Positions 25,473-38,545 of a stretch of 64,000 bases of DNA are shown here, piece by piece (positions within the stretch are counted from its first letter, which is position 1; each line of letters begins with the position of its first letter). A model generated the notes under the pieces. The model worked only from the letters and a program-made list of their open reading frames with translations, was not told where the DNA came from and searched no databases. The translations under genes were made by a program, and so were the position numbers. The DNA is from Camelus dromedarius (taxonomy: Eukaryota): the NCBI RefSeq assembly GCF_036321535.1, contig NC_087437.1, forward strand, positions 24,058,001-24,122,000. Reading direction: 5' to 3'.

Positions 25473-27269
25473 AGGCTATGTTTAAAAGCTGAACTACACC
25501 ACCACCACCATCACTCCCCCACCCACCTCCACAACCTCACATCAACATACAGTTTTTCTGTTTTGATCAAAGTCTGTATTCTTCTTCCTTAGGTTTGATT
25601 GTAGGCGATCATTTTAGATTGGTGGGTTAAAGACACACAGAAGGGCTCCTTGAGCATTCTTTCTGAGAAGTGGGGTAGCCACAGTTTTTGTGTCCGTCTT
25701 CACGGATAGCAGTGTGGTAGTGTCATTCCTCAGTGCCATATTTAAATATCTTGCTACAAATTAAGACAATAGGAAAATAGAAAGAAAAGCACTAGTAGAA
25801 ACTGCCCATTTTTACAAACACATGTATTCTGAGCACACTGGTTTGATTTATATGCACAGACACTGCTTCTCTAGAGTACAGAAAGAAGGACTAACGACTT
25901 TTTCAAGGCACCCTTGAAAATAATTATTCCCATGTCCTCTTTCTGCCCTTTTTCTCCTTGGTGGTCCTCAGACATTCTTTTTCTTTAATAGCACCAGAAG
26001 TAGTAGGGGGTAAGAAGAAGGGGTAGACAAGGCGATTTTGTGTACAGTTATAGATATGCTCTTTTGTAGTTTAATTTTTGAAACTGCAGCCGTTGGTTCT
26101 TTGAATCTATTTACACAGATGTTGGGGAAGACGGGTTGTAACCATCTACCACTGGCCTTATGGTCACCTTTGCCTTAAAGCGATCTCTGGGAGGTACATT
26201 AAAAATGATTGCATTAGACACCCATTTCTAAGATACCATGTTTTTATTCCACGTTGTCCTTTTGGAATGTAACCTAACCCATATTCTTTAGACAAGGCGT
26301 GTTTACTTAGTATTATATGATTAGCTCATTTGGAGACCTGTGGTTTTCTCATGTTAGTATCAGTAGTCTATATAATATATACAGGGCAAGCTAACACATA
26401 CTTATTATGCTACTTAAAGGAATATCTCAGAAATGTTGGAGCTGTGTTTTGCCATAGTGTCAACAATTACCAGTAAAGAGAAAATAAATCTTACCTGATT
26501 TGGGGGTTTCAAACTTTGATATTAAGGAAAATATTTTCAGGAGGTTGTAATGAATAAAGCACAAACTGAAAGATAAAAATCTGTGGAACCACATAGTAAT
26601 CACTCAGCAATATCATGAAAATTAGCAGGAGGTTTTGTTGTACTTTTTTCATCATTTTGCTTAAAGCTACTATCAAAGGCATGATGAGGATGCAAGGAAC
26701 ACGCCTTCATCTTGTGTTTAAAATCTTGCCCGCTCTCATCTTTTGTTTTTCTTGCTGTTAATATGGAACTAAATGGGTAGGTCCTTCCTGGTTCTTTCTT
26801 TAAGGGATGTTTCCGTTCCTTCGGATTTCACAGGTGCACATGTCCTGCTGCTATGCCAAATGCTTCATCCCACCAGGGTTTTTACCTGGCCGGGTGTCAT
26901 GGCTGCCAGGCTGAGGGAAGAACACTAAGTCCAACTGTCAGGGAGATGTGTGCAGTGTGGTTTCCACCCACCGAGTCAGAGAAGTTTCATATATGATGGC
27001 ACTGAGGAGCCTGCAGTAGGGACTAGGCAGTTTGTCTACTTTAGCAAACTCTGATCTTGCTCACTAACTGGTCATACGGACCTCCTGCTGCCATGCCTAA
27101 TAACTGCAGCTCAGATGCCGACATCTTTTCTCACCTTTTTACCAGGAAGGAAGCATTGTCTTTGATTGTCCATCAGGACTAATCCTTTCTCAGCATGATA
27201 CTTGTTAGCATAATTGCAGAGAAAGAACCAAAAAAGTGCACTAGGAGCTGTTTCTTTTTAAAAAATACA

Positions 27270-27616
27270 CAATTGTTGCTCAGTTTCTATGGCAGATTGG
27301 TTCCAGGAACCCCTGCAAATACTCAGATTTGCCAAAGCTCAAGTCCCTTATGTAAAATGGCATGGTATTTGCACATAGCCTATGCACATCCTCCTGTATA
27401 CATTAAATCATCTCTAGATTACTTATAATACCTAAATATAATGTAAATGCTATATAAATAGTTGTAAATAAAGGTAAATGCTATATAAATAATTGTTGGG
27501 TGTGGCAAATTCAAGTTTTGCTTTTTGAAGCTTCCTGGAATTATTTTTTTCAATATTTTCAATCTGCAGTTGGTTGAATCTGCAGATGCTGAACAAAGGT
27601 TATAGATGTCTGATTG
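27270..27616 (+). mobile_element. MER2/Tigger-type TcMar MITE
   Basis: gattggttccaggaacccc...gctcaagtcccttatgtaaaatggc...aaatcatctctagattacttataatacctaa...gttggttgaatctgcagatgc is colinear with MER2; it ends with TG followed by TA. Confidence 0.88.
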
Positions 27617-28413
27617 TATGTAATTTACATGAAAAAGGCATTGTAAATATTTCAGTAATTCTAACAGTTTTCTTCCATTTATCGTATTTTTCAACCTTTA
27701 TATTTTCATTATTTGTATGTAATTAGAAACACTACTCAACTCCAAGAAACCTTTGTAATAATCTCTATTAACATTATTGTAATCTAGGGAAGTTTCTAGC
27801 TAATATTTTTAGAGACTTAGCTGCAGGAAAACATGAATTATGAACAATTCTAGTTACTTTTGGTTCACATTTGGTCATACAATTGAGCTGAAAATGAAGG
27901 ATGAAAGAACTTAGTTTTGAGATCACTTTCCAAAGGAGTTATGGAGTCACTAACATCCTTTTTATTCAATCTTCAGAGAATAAACAGAGAAAATTTTACT
28001 GTCCATTAAAGGATTATGCTGCCGGCATAGAGAGTAAGAGAAAATGAGTAGCAAATATATACTTGAATAAACACAATTTCTGTTTACTGGAATATGATAT
28101 ACTTGAACTTTTAAAAACAGAAAAGATTCAAAATTGTTTATTAGCAGAAGGGAAGTAAAACATAATTGGTATCCCTGTTTAAAGAAAATACTCCTTAAAA
28201 ATTTAATATTAGTGTTCAAGGTAGAAAACAAATATTCGTCAAGAAGATTATAGATATGGAGAATCAACGTATATTTTACATTTATCCATATTTTTTTTTG
28301 GTCAGCTTATAATGCTAATTAGTTTTAATGTTTCTACACAAAGTTCAGAAACAGGCACAATGTCAGGACAGTGATTGAAGCTATGTGGAGTTTGACCCAA
28401 CTCATGAGTAAAG

Positions 28414-28460
28414 CAAAAAAAAAAAAAAAAAAAAGAAAGAAAGAAAAATTTAAAAAAAGA
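28414..28460. repeat. Poly(A)/(AAAG) low-complexity tract
   Basis: Read directly. Confidence 0.85.
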
Positions 28461-28895
28461 TTAAAAGAAGAGGATTTCAAAAGCTCAAATTAGTGCCTAG
28501 GACACATCTTGAAAAGTGTCAAAAATATGATTAAGAATCTCTGAATATTACTGGAGTGAGAAATTTCTACTTCCTTTTCACATTCCAATAAAAATGTGGT
28601 AATATCTTTTGGTGGTGTTTTTCTTGCCAGAGTTTTGTTATTGTCACTTTTAAGTAATATTACTTGGCTCTTGATGTTTGAAGAGACATTTCATGGTCAA
28701 AGTTTAAAACAACTCTTGTTCTGAAGAGGAGCAATCTTGATACAAACATTCTGTGTCAATTTTGCACGGTGTTTATCATTTAGCTTGGTGGCCATGACAC
28801 CAGACAGTAAAAATTCGAAGGAGGCTCTGTTTTAATTCCATCATCTTAACATGAAAAAATAAGAAAATTCACATTTGTTTATTCCAAGTTAAGTA

Positions 28896-29097
28896 CTTTT
28901 TTTTTTAACATTTTAAAAATTGAGTTATAGTTATTTTACAATGTTGTGTCAAATTCCAGTGTAGAGCACAATTTTTCAGTGATACATGAATATACATATA
29001 CTCATTGTCACATTTTTTTCACTGTGAGCTACCACAAGATCTTGTATATATTTCCCTGTGCTATACAGTATAATCTTGTTTATCTATTCTACATATG
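28896..29097 (-). mobile_element. Very short (~200 bp) L1 3'UTR insertion of a distinct, probably younger subfamily
   Basis: T-tract plus attgagttatagttattttacaatgttgtgtcaaattccagtgtagagcac.... Perfect 12-bp TSD CCAAGTTAAGTA at 28884-28895 and 29098-29109. Confidence 0.92.
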
Positions 29098-30366
29098 CCA
29101 AGTTAAGTAAGTTTTATTGAAGTTAAAAGTCATCTTACAATTTAAGGTTAGATTTCATGACATTTACCTTTCCTTTAATAATGGCAAGCAGTAGGAAATC
29201 AAATGGTTTTTATATAACCCATTACAAATATGTTTTATGATATAACATTGATTTCAGGTATTGGGGGATTTACCCAAAACCCAGATTGAATTGATATGTC
29301 CAGTCCCACTGCTCTAATCAGTACACTGTAGTCTGGATGTCCTTTTGGACATTTTTATAATAATTTTATAAGAGCGTTATTAACTAATTTCATTTATCCA
29401 AATATTTCTAGGATTTCCCAAGGTTTATATATGCCTCAGTCAGGCAATCTGGCCCTGGACCACTTCCCAATTACTGTTTCTGTTTGAACCAGATCTTCCC
29501 AGGTAGCTACTGCATCAGTCCTCTTCATTTAGGTATTCAAGACCAGGATCTAATGTTTAAGATGTTTAAATGAAGTCTTTTGAGATAGCATAGGGATTTA
29601 CAGGAGAGATAACATCAAATTGGACACTAGAGATTGCGTCCTTCTTCATTTAGACCTTATTTGTAATCATTTTGTAGTTTGCTTTCTCACAGATGAGAGA
29701 CCCAGAGAGAAAAAAGTGTCCCTGCTCACTCTTGGCTAAGCTCTCTTGCAAGACCCGAATTCCTGTCTCATTTTTGACCTTGTATGTGTTCTCTATGTCT
29801 GCCCTCTCATAAGCAAGTGTTGCAGAACTTGAACATGTATACAGTCACAAAAACCAACAGTAATTTATAGAGATAAATCCACACCCAAAAATGAAACGTT
29901 TCAAAACAGGAAAAAAAAATTTGTGCGTTGAATACTGCATTGTTCAGAATTCCAACAAACTTGGATTCGGGATAGAGTGTTTGAAGAGTCAGCTTCTCTT
30001 GCAAAAGAGAACTCCCTTTAGGCTTTGAAATTAGTTCAACTAAGGTCAGAGATCCCAGGTCTAATCATTAGGGTTCAAGGTCAAATTCTGATGATGTCTT
30101 TCCCAGACCAGAGGCTCTGTGTCGGCAGACATTTTCAAGTTTGTGATCTATTGGTGGAGAGATTGCTCCTAACATATGAGCAATAGATGTGTTTCTCCTT
30201 TCTAAGACAATTCTGGGACTGAGTTAGGGAAGTCATGACCTTGTCTCTATCAAGAGAATAAATACTTCTCCATCATTCCTTGGCTATCTGTATCCAGATG
30301 GAGTCAGACTAAACATATGAAGGATATTTTGATGCATATTAGATCTTACAGAATTTCTTTTTCTGC

Positions 30367-30790
30367 TATAATGGTTAATTTTATGTGTTCACTTGGCTAG
30401 GTCACAGTACCTACATATTTGGTCAAACATTATTCTAGATGTTTCTGTTTAAGTCTCTTTTTAGATGAGGTTAACATTTGAAGCAGTGAACTTTGAGTTA
30501 AGCAGACTCTCTTTCATAATGTTGGGTAGGCCTCATCCAATCAGCTGAAGGCCTTGACAGAAAAAGACTAACCTCCCTAGAAGAAGAGGAAATTCTGCCA
30601 GCAGTCTGCCTTTGGACTTGAATTGTAACACTTCCCTGGGCTTCCAGCCTGCTGGCCCACCCAGCAGATTTTGAACTTGCCAAATCTCCACAATCATGTG
30701 AGCCAATTCCTTAAAATACATCTCTCTCTTTTTGCATATAAATCACACATCCTGTTGGTTCTCTTTCTCTGGAGAACCCTGATTAATATA
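30367..30790 (+). mobile_element. MLT2 (ERVL) solo LTR, near full length
   Basis: atggttaattttatgtg...tttggtcaaacattattctagatgtttctg...ggcctcatccaatcagctgaaggcctt...gtgagccaattccttaaaata...tctctggagaaccctgattaatata. Confidence 0.92.
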
Positions 30791-30847
30791 CTCACCAAAG
30801 CTTTTATCCTTTCTACTTAAAAAATATCCGTTGATACTCTCTCCCTC

Positions 30848-31633
30848 CAGCTTTATTGAGATATAATTGAAATGTAACATTGTACAAGTTTAAGGTATAT
30901 GATGTGATGATTTAATACTTGCATTTACTATAATATGATTACCACAGTAAGGTTACTTAACACATTCATCACATCACATAACTGCCATCTGTTTTTGTGG
31001 AGGAGGGGCAGTGAGAGCATTTAAGATCTATTCTCTCAACAAGTTCCAAGTATAAAATACAGTATTGTTAACTATAGTCACCATGCTGTGCATTAGATCC
31101 TCAGAACTTGTTCGTCTTAAAACTAGAAGTTTGGACCCTTTGACCAAATCTCCCCACTTACCCAAGGCCCCAGTCCCTGGAAACCACCATACTACTCTCC
31201 CTCTCTGTTTCTAGGAGCGATGTTTTTTAGATTCTTCACATAAATGAGAAACTATGGGATTTATTCTTTCTCTTTCTGACTTATTTCACTTAGCATAATA
31301 CCCTCAAGGTCCATCTACATTGTTATGAATGACAGGATTTCGTTCTCTTTATGGCTAAATAGTATTCCATCTCATATATATATATAAAATTTATCAAGAA
31401 ATTAGTCTCAATGAACACTTTGTCCGTTTACCATTAGGTTGTTCTCATGTGTTGGCTACTATGAATAATGCTGAAATGAACACTGGGTTGCAGCAATCTC
31501 TTTGAGACAGTGATTTCATTTCCTTCAGATGTATACCCAGAAATAGAATTTCTGGAACATATGATAGCTCTGCTTTTAATATTTAAGGGACCTCCATACT
31601 CTTCTACATGGTGGCTGTATCAATTTACATTCC
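30848..31633 (-). mobile_element. L1MA-type (L1MA9-like) 3' end
   Basis: cagctttattgagatataattga...aatacagtattgttaactatagtcaccatgctgtgcattagatcc...atttacattcc. Confidence 0.85.
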
Positions 31634-34199
31634 TATATCATTTCTCCTCTTCATCTAAGACCTCAGTCTCCTGAAACATCTTTGTGACTCTTTCTATAGG
31701 AAAACTTTCTTTGTTCTATGTTCCAATCCTATCTTTTAAGATAGAGAATCAGAGAGAAGGAAAAGAAGAAAGAAATGATACATTTAATTGTAAGAAAGAA
31801 TTTGAGTTTAGTGTTTGTAAAACTCTCAATTGTTTTAAGGTAGATCCATGTAAAAACCCTTCATTTATTTCCCCTTACCAAAGAATTCAGTCTTTCTGTC
31901 TCTGGAGGCTCAAATAATAAATCAGTATGACATAGTCGTTCTTTATTCCCATGTAATTAATTAAGGAAAAGTGAAATGACTGTATTATTTATAGTGAGAA
32001 ATCAAGTATTTTCAGTTTACCTTTTTCATTTTATGTAAATGCTCAACAGTCTATTTTAGATGAACTTAAATGGAAAAATGCTTGGAACTTGGGGGAAAAA
32101 AAAGAAAATTAAAACAGAAATAGAGTTTAGCCAGTATGTCTTTGACAAAACTGACCATTTTAACCATGTAAGTTTAGTTACAAATAAAATGTGTGCATAT
32201 AGAAATCTTGTTGCTTACATTGTACATTCTTACTCCAGTGATGTCCTTGGGATATCAGTAAAATAGATCATCTATTGAATGATAACTACAACCTTAATGC
32301 ATATAGTTCATGAGAGAATTTTTAAAACAGAGCACATGTACACATTGGATGGTTTTCCAAGTATACTGTTTCTTTCGTGTATGGGTATGTCTGTGTGCTT
32401 AGAGGTATTTACAGAGATTAGATAAGGAGCAAACCATTTGAAGGTAAGCAGAATTTCTTTGAAATGAGAAAGAAGAAGATTAATTTTTAAGTGAATTTTC
32501 AGCAAAACAGGAAAACCGGATACAGATTTTCCCTATTTCAGCAAAAAGATGTAGAGCCCTTTGCAGACAGAAAGTGCTCTCTCCTGAGTGACCCAGTGTT
32601 GGCCTTTACTGCAGGAATAGATTTGTTTTGGTAGACTGCTGTAGCCAGCTACCTGCAGAGAGAAGGGAATCCTAGTAGAGAATTCTTAATACAGTAGTTA
32701 AATATTCTTTGATTTGGGTGAAGCTTTCCCAGATGGTATTCTCTTATATTCAGCATAGTTTATAGGCTTTTAATTGTCAAACAGTTCATTTCAGGATAAA
32801 TAAGAATAATTTAAAAATTAACAGCAGAATTATATATCCTGCATGGAAGAGTTTTAGCCTCTTCAAATCTAACAAGTCCACTCTGGAATGGCCGAGAACA
32901 AGACGTAAAATGAATGAGAAAAGAAAATACAGCAGAACGTACCAGATGTTTTTCGTGTGTTGGCTGTACATATATCTTTCTTTGTTAGCTTTTAGTTGCA
33001 GACTGAGTGCAGTGTACATCATTTCATACACAATAGACGGCTATGCATCATGTATTCACATATGGATATCATCTCTCTCAAGATTTATTGAAATAGAAAG
33101 ATAGGAAAACACAACATGGTGTGTATGCTGAATTCTACAGAGGCAAGTGTAAATTATGTAGTTAGATGCTCTCTTCAAGGGGTTTCTTATCACTATCTCA
33201 CTGGGTAGCGTAAAGATTAATTAGTTAAAATTTGTAGGCTCTTTGAAGCTAGAAAAGCTCTGCAAGTGCTGAGCATCATCGAGGTAATTCGGGAGTGAGG
33301 CAGAACTGATTTGCAACCTCATCAGCTCTTTGAAATGTGTGTCTAGCCTCATTCGCAGTTTTCTCTTACAGTGTTTTATGGATTGGAAAGTTCTTATCAG
33401 CTCTTGAAGATGAAACATGTTCTACTGAAATCATACTAATCTGTACAACCAATCTTTTCTCTATGTATTTATAGTAAAGTAATATTTCTCAAAACAGATA
33501 CGATTCTAAGCCTAATTTAGTAAAGAATGATTCTGACATCCGTTGTAACTAATCTGTTACCATTTGATTGACTAAGCTGTAGTTCTCTTAATTAGTGCAA
33601 CTAAAGTCTGGTTAATTTGCATGAAGGTAGCTGTTCATCTTTTATACATTAAAAGGCAGCAAGCAGTCACTGTTTCCATAAAGCTTACATAGATTTTATT
33701 AGCATCTTTCAATCATTTCTCATTGTAATAATGTCAGTTCTGAAATGTCATTTATCTCTTTTAAGAATGTATTTTAGATAATTAAACATGAGAATTATTT
33801 CCTTTATTCAGAAGTCAAATTCTGCATATATTCTTCTCTGTCCTCATACTCTGTGATTACATATGTAATGTATCAAGAAGAGTCTTGTGCTGCTTATATA
33901 CTTTATTTCATATTTATAAAATTTTTTCTTTAATAAAGTATCACATTTTCCATATTTCATTTTTTTTTAATCCCTTGGAGGGAGCAACAGGGACAGGGAA
34001 TTTTTTAAGCAAAGTAAATATGTAACAAGATGATTCCGAGTTAAACTGAGCATTGTTTTTTGTGAAATTATTTTGTTTTTGAGTGAAATGTGAAAAACAT
34101 AAAATATAGAATAATATAAGAAGTCTCTATTTAACACTACCCAGAAATAACCAGTATTAATGCATACCTTGTTCCATTTATATTGCATTCAGTTGTAAC

Positions 34200-34600
34200 T
34201 TGAGCACACTTCCTCAGGTTTCTTTCCTTTTCTCCCTGTCCAGAGGTGCAATTATTATGAACCTGATGTTTAACTTTATCTTCATGATTTTATAGATTAT
34301 TTAGAATATATATGTTTATATATTACACTTGGTGTACTGTGTGTTTTTAATGCTCATGTGAATATTATCATAAAGTATGTATCATTTTATTATTTTTTCC
34401 CCACTTATTTTTTTTGAGAGCTACCCACTTTGATACTATAGATCCCTGTCTTTTGTATTTAATCATGTTCCATGATGTATTTATCCAGATGCTATAATGA
34501 AAATCCTTCTCTGTCCTTCCAGGTACTAATGTGTAAGAGTTTCTAATGAATATATAGATTCATTGCAGGATTGCAGGGTGTGCACAAGTTCAGTTCTGGG
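34200..34600 (-). mobile_element. Ancient L1M(E) 3' fragment
   Basis: Degenerate antisense L1 3' motifs (ccagaggt, attatcataaagtatgt, agagtttcta...gattgcagggtg). Confidence 0.45.
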
Positions 34601-36329
34601 GAGACTAAACATCCTCATTTGCTCCCATGAGTGCCACTCTACTATTCTTGTCCATGCATCCATATTGGTTTAGCATCTGTCCTGCATTTTTCTTTTTTAA
34701 TGAAATATTGTTATAAATTGCATTGATTAAAACTAGCACAGGTTTGTTAAATGTCCATTTTGTCTAATACTTCCAGCTTTTGTCATGGCTGTATGAAAAT
34801 GTGAGACAAATGGAATGTTAACAGAATTATAACTTCAATGTGGGGGGTGGGGGTTAAATCAGAAAATTGACTTTATCTTCCTGACCCACTTCAAACAAAA
34901 CATGGCTAATGCCTCTCTTTCAAGGACAGCACACAGTGTTGTTGATAAAACAGTGTGGACTGAGTCAGCAGTGGCTAGGGATAGCTAACTTCTTCCAATC
35001 TTGCATGATGGTGGGGTAAGCACTGGACATAATTTTTCATGCTGTCCCCTTAAATGAAACTGGCAGGCCACCATATGTTGAGTTTGGGGAAAACAAAGGA
35101 AATAAGAGCTTAGGTACATGTGAATAATACGGAGAATAGAAGCTGAGCACATAGAGAGTGGTTACTTGGTCTTGCTAGAGTGGTTTTGTCATCTTTCAGA
35201 CACCAACAACTATTTATTTATTGAGTTGTTCAGCCATGATTCTTTATTTTGAAATATTTCAGCAGTGGGTTTTTTTTAAAGTGTGATTAATTAAAAAAAA
35301 AGTAAGTATTGAATATCCCTTTCAAGAAAGTTTATGGCACCCATAAAACCTGTACAATACATCCGTTGGCATTTTCTGTCTTACTGTTGGGGTCATAAAG
35401 GTACCACTGATCTCATGAAGGCCAGAAGATACAAATCTGAGGACAAAAATATTAGCTGCTATTTCAGAAGTTAATAGTAATGCTAAGAAAAATGCCTGAA
35501 GATGTCGTTTTCACTGGTTTCATTTGTGAATCTGGATAAAGTGTGCAAGCATAGCACTCTGAGAAGCATGGCTTTTCATTTAGATCAAATTACTGTCTTC
35601 TTAAGTAAGTTATATTCATTTTTTGTTCCAAATCTCCTTGGCACTTATGAAATAGGATGCAAGAGCTGTTAGCAGCAGAGAAAAATCACAAACAATTGAA
35701 TAATACCATTTAGGTGTTTCACATAGAAAATTAGATCTAAAAATGTTTCAATTGAGCATCCAATTAACAGGACCAAAATAAAGCTTTTGGAAGTTTATTC
35801 TGCTAAAAATAAAATACTTGACAATATTATGAACACTTTAAAAAATTCAGTCAGAAAACTAAACACTGATGATAACTCTTAGTGGTGGTGACAATTTTGG
35901 AGTCAACTTTGGATTGCAGATAGTTTTATTAAAACTCAATCATAAACTATATTAAAAGAGATACATTTTCAGAAAGTAACCAAAGATAATTATCTAATTA
36001 CTACTAATAACTGCGTTGAGTATTTTACAGAATAATTATTCTACATGCTATATTTAATGTTTAAAAAATATTAAAAAGTTATTTTATATGTTTCAATTAT
36101 GGTTTAAAATTTTTTGAAGAATTTCATTTTCAAAAAATTTTGAGAACTATTTGTATGTCCATCAATGTAATAAAAACAATTTTAATAAGCCCATTAAATA
36201 TTGCATAATTTTATATATTTTAATATGCTGTTTCAGTTTTAAAAAGTCACAGTTTGATGATGCAATTTATAGTCACCCTAACTTTACCAGGTATTAAATT
36301 ACCCTGTGGGTTGGTACTACAAATTTACT

Positions 36330-36600
36330 CCTTGTGAATGGTTGTCACTACTTTAAAACTTGCCAGCTAATGAATGAAAATTGGAACTTCATATGGTTTT
36401 GAGTTGCATCTCTCTAGTTACTAATGAGTTAGAACATGTTTTCATTTTTAGTGGTCATTGGACTTTTCTCTTTTTATCTATTATCTTTTTTTTTTTCTAT
36501 TAGGTTAGATGGTTTATCTTTTTTCTTGTTTATTTGTAAGAGTTATTTAAAAAATTTTTGGACATTATTACTGTTTTCCATATATTTTAATAATGCTTAT
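36330..36600 (-). mobile_element. Ancient L1M ORF2 3' fragment
   Basis: tggttttgagttgcatctctctagttactaatgagttagaacatgttttcat...tttatttgtaagagtt. Confidence 0.65.
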
Positions 36601-36922
36601 CTGGAGTTTCAAAGAAATCCAAGATAAATTTTAGAACACATAATCTGAAGGTCTCCAAAAAGCCAACTCAGAAGTCATTGTCAGGCTATAATGCTAACTT
36701 TAAATGAATTAAGGTATTTTACCTTTTCAGCAAAACATATTCAAAGATATTAATTTAAAAGCCCTAAGGTGCTAAATTCTATCCTCTTAATAAAGGATAC
36801 ATTTAAACAACTATTTCAACAAAATCCCCTACATTACAGAAAGAACCTACTTTTTACTTGGCTCATGAATGGTCTATTAAATGTTTCACAATTATCCTTT
36901 TGGTAATAAATAACCTCTCAAC

Positions 36923-36990
36923 ATACTTGTTAAAAATACAGGTTCTCCAAGTTCCCTATTAGATCACTGAGTCAGAATTTCCTAGGAAAA
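36923..36990. mobile_element. MER5-like hAT fragment
   Basis: cttgttaaaaatacaggttctc...actgagtcagaattt. Confidence 0.5.
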
Positions 36991-37729
36991 TACCTTGAAC
37001 TCTGGATTAAAAAAAAATGTATTCTTATCTTTGGGAAAGTGTATGAAACACTGCTCTGACAAGAAGAAGAAAACAACAACAAAAAATAGAAAGCAAGTTA
37101 GAGTGAAAAAAAAAATCTTCTTCCTACCCACCTCCTTCCCAAATCTTCTGCATTCGTTTTCTTTCTCCATCTTGGTAAATCATGCTCCATCCATCCAGCA
37201 TTTCATAAGAGTCAGAAATCTGTAGGTTTGCAATTTAGCAAACAATAAGAAACCTATTTCTGAACATCTCCCTTGGGTACATAAAATTTCTGGCTACCTA
37301 CTCATGTGTCAGATAATGCTTATTTCTTGCGGTAAAATAGCAGTATTTAACAAAAATATTTCACCACTGTAGCAAAATAACCTCTGTAAATGCTCCACTG
37401 CAACTAAAATTATATTGAAAACTTGGAGACTGACATTTTGAATTTCAGGTATTCATGGGCTATGCGAAAGCAGCTTGAGGTGTCTGAGGCGTAATGAGAA
37501 GAAATTTTATTTTTATTAACTTCTAAATTGTTTTCTGTTAAAGTATATATGCAGGTATTGGATGAACAGGCAAGTCACTGAAGCAGTAGCTAAAGTTGTA
37601 AAAGCTTTGGTGAGATTACACGTGATAAGATCTCCACAGGAAATTTAGACCTTGGCTCAGCTGGGAGATTTTGAGGAAAGGATATTTCTGATTTTTCATT
37701 GATTCTTGAGTAGGCTCTTAAGGACAGAT

Positions 37730-37880
37730 AGTACAATATTGTGGAAAGAGACCGATTTTTTAGTCAGACAACAGACTTAGAGAAGTTAGCTAACTGTTTT
37801 AAGCTTCAAATTTCAGGTTTGTGAAATGGGGTTAAAATATCTACTACCTGAGAGGGCGGTAAAAATTACATAATGTAATG
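37730..37880 (+). mobile_element. MIR SINE fragment
   Basis: gtggaaagagac...agtcagac...tgtgaaatggggttaaaatatctac. Confidence 0.55.
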
Positions 37881-38204
37881 ATGATTGATTATTTTTGCTC
37901 TGTACGTGTCCCTAAAGCAAAGACCCCCATTTAACTTCCTCTGTATAGCTTGGTCCGGGTGTCTTAAACACCTTTTCAGTGATGAAGAAAATAGTTATTC
38001 TGGCAAAGTGGGTTACTTAGTCCAACGCTGACTTTTCAGAGCTCCAGCTGCTCTGTGAAGAAATTGGCATGACTTGCAAAAAAAAAAGTAGATAATTGTA
38101 GGCTATTTAGGAGACAGTCATCCTTTACTATGTCTTTGTCAATCTCAGACAAGGCACAGAGCTTGTACTGAAGGTCTAGATGAGAAGGAGGCAGTCATTG
38201 GGAA

Positions 38205-38545
38205 AAGATTTTCTCAAGGATGAGTCCTTTAAATTTCTAGCTTGAAATATTGGATATAAGGTTCTGATAATTTCTGAAGTAGAGAAATAGCAATAGGAGG
38301 AACCATATTTTGTGGGCAAAATAAAGGGTTCCATTTTGGTATGTAGAGATATAAAGTAGAAAGCTGGGTGTGTCCCATCTGATGCTCAAAGATCTAGCCT
38401 GGATATGTAAACTTGTTAGTGGTCAGCATAGCAGTGGTATTTAAAGCCCTGCAGATGCCCATACCTAGAGAGAAAAGTGAAGGCAGTCCACAGTGAGGAC
38501 CGGAACAACTCTGATATTTAGAGATTTGGTAGAGGAGCCCACAAA
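38205..38545 (-). mobile_element. L2 fragment
   Basis: caaggatgagtcc...tttctagcttga...ttccattttgg...tcagcatagcagtggtatttaaagcc are typical antisense L2 motifs. Confidence 0.65.
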
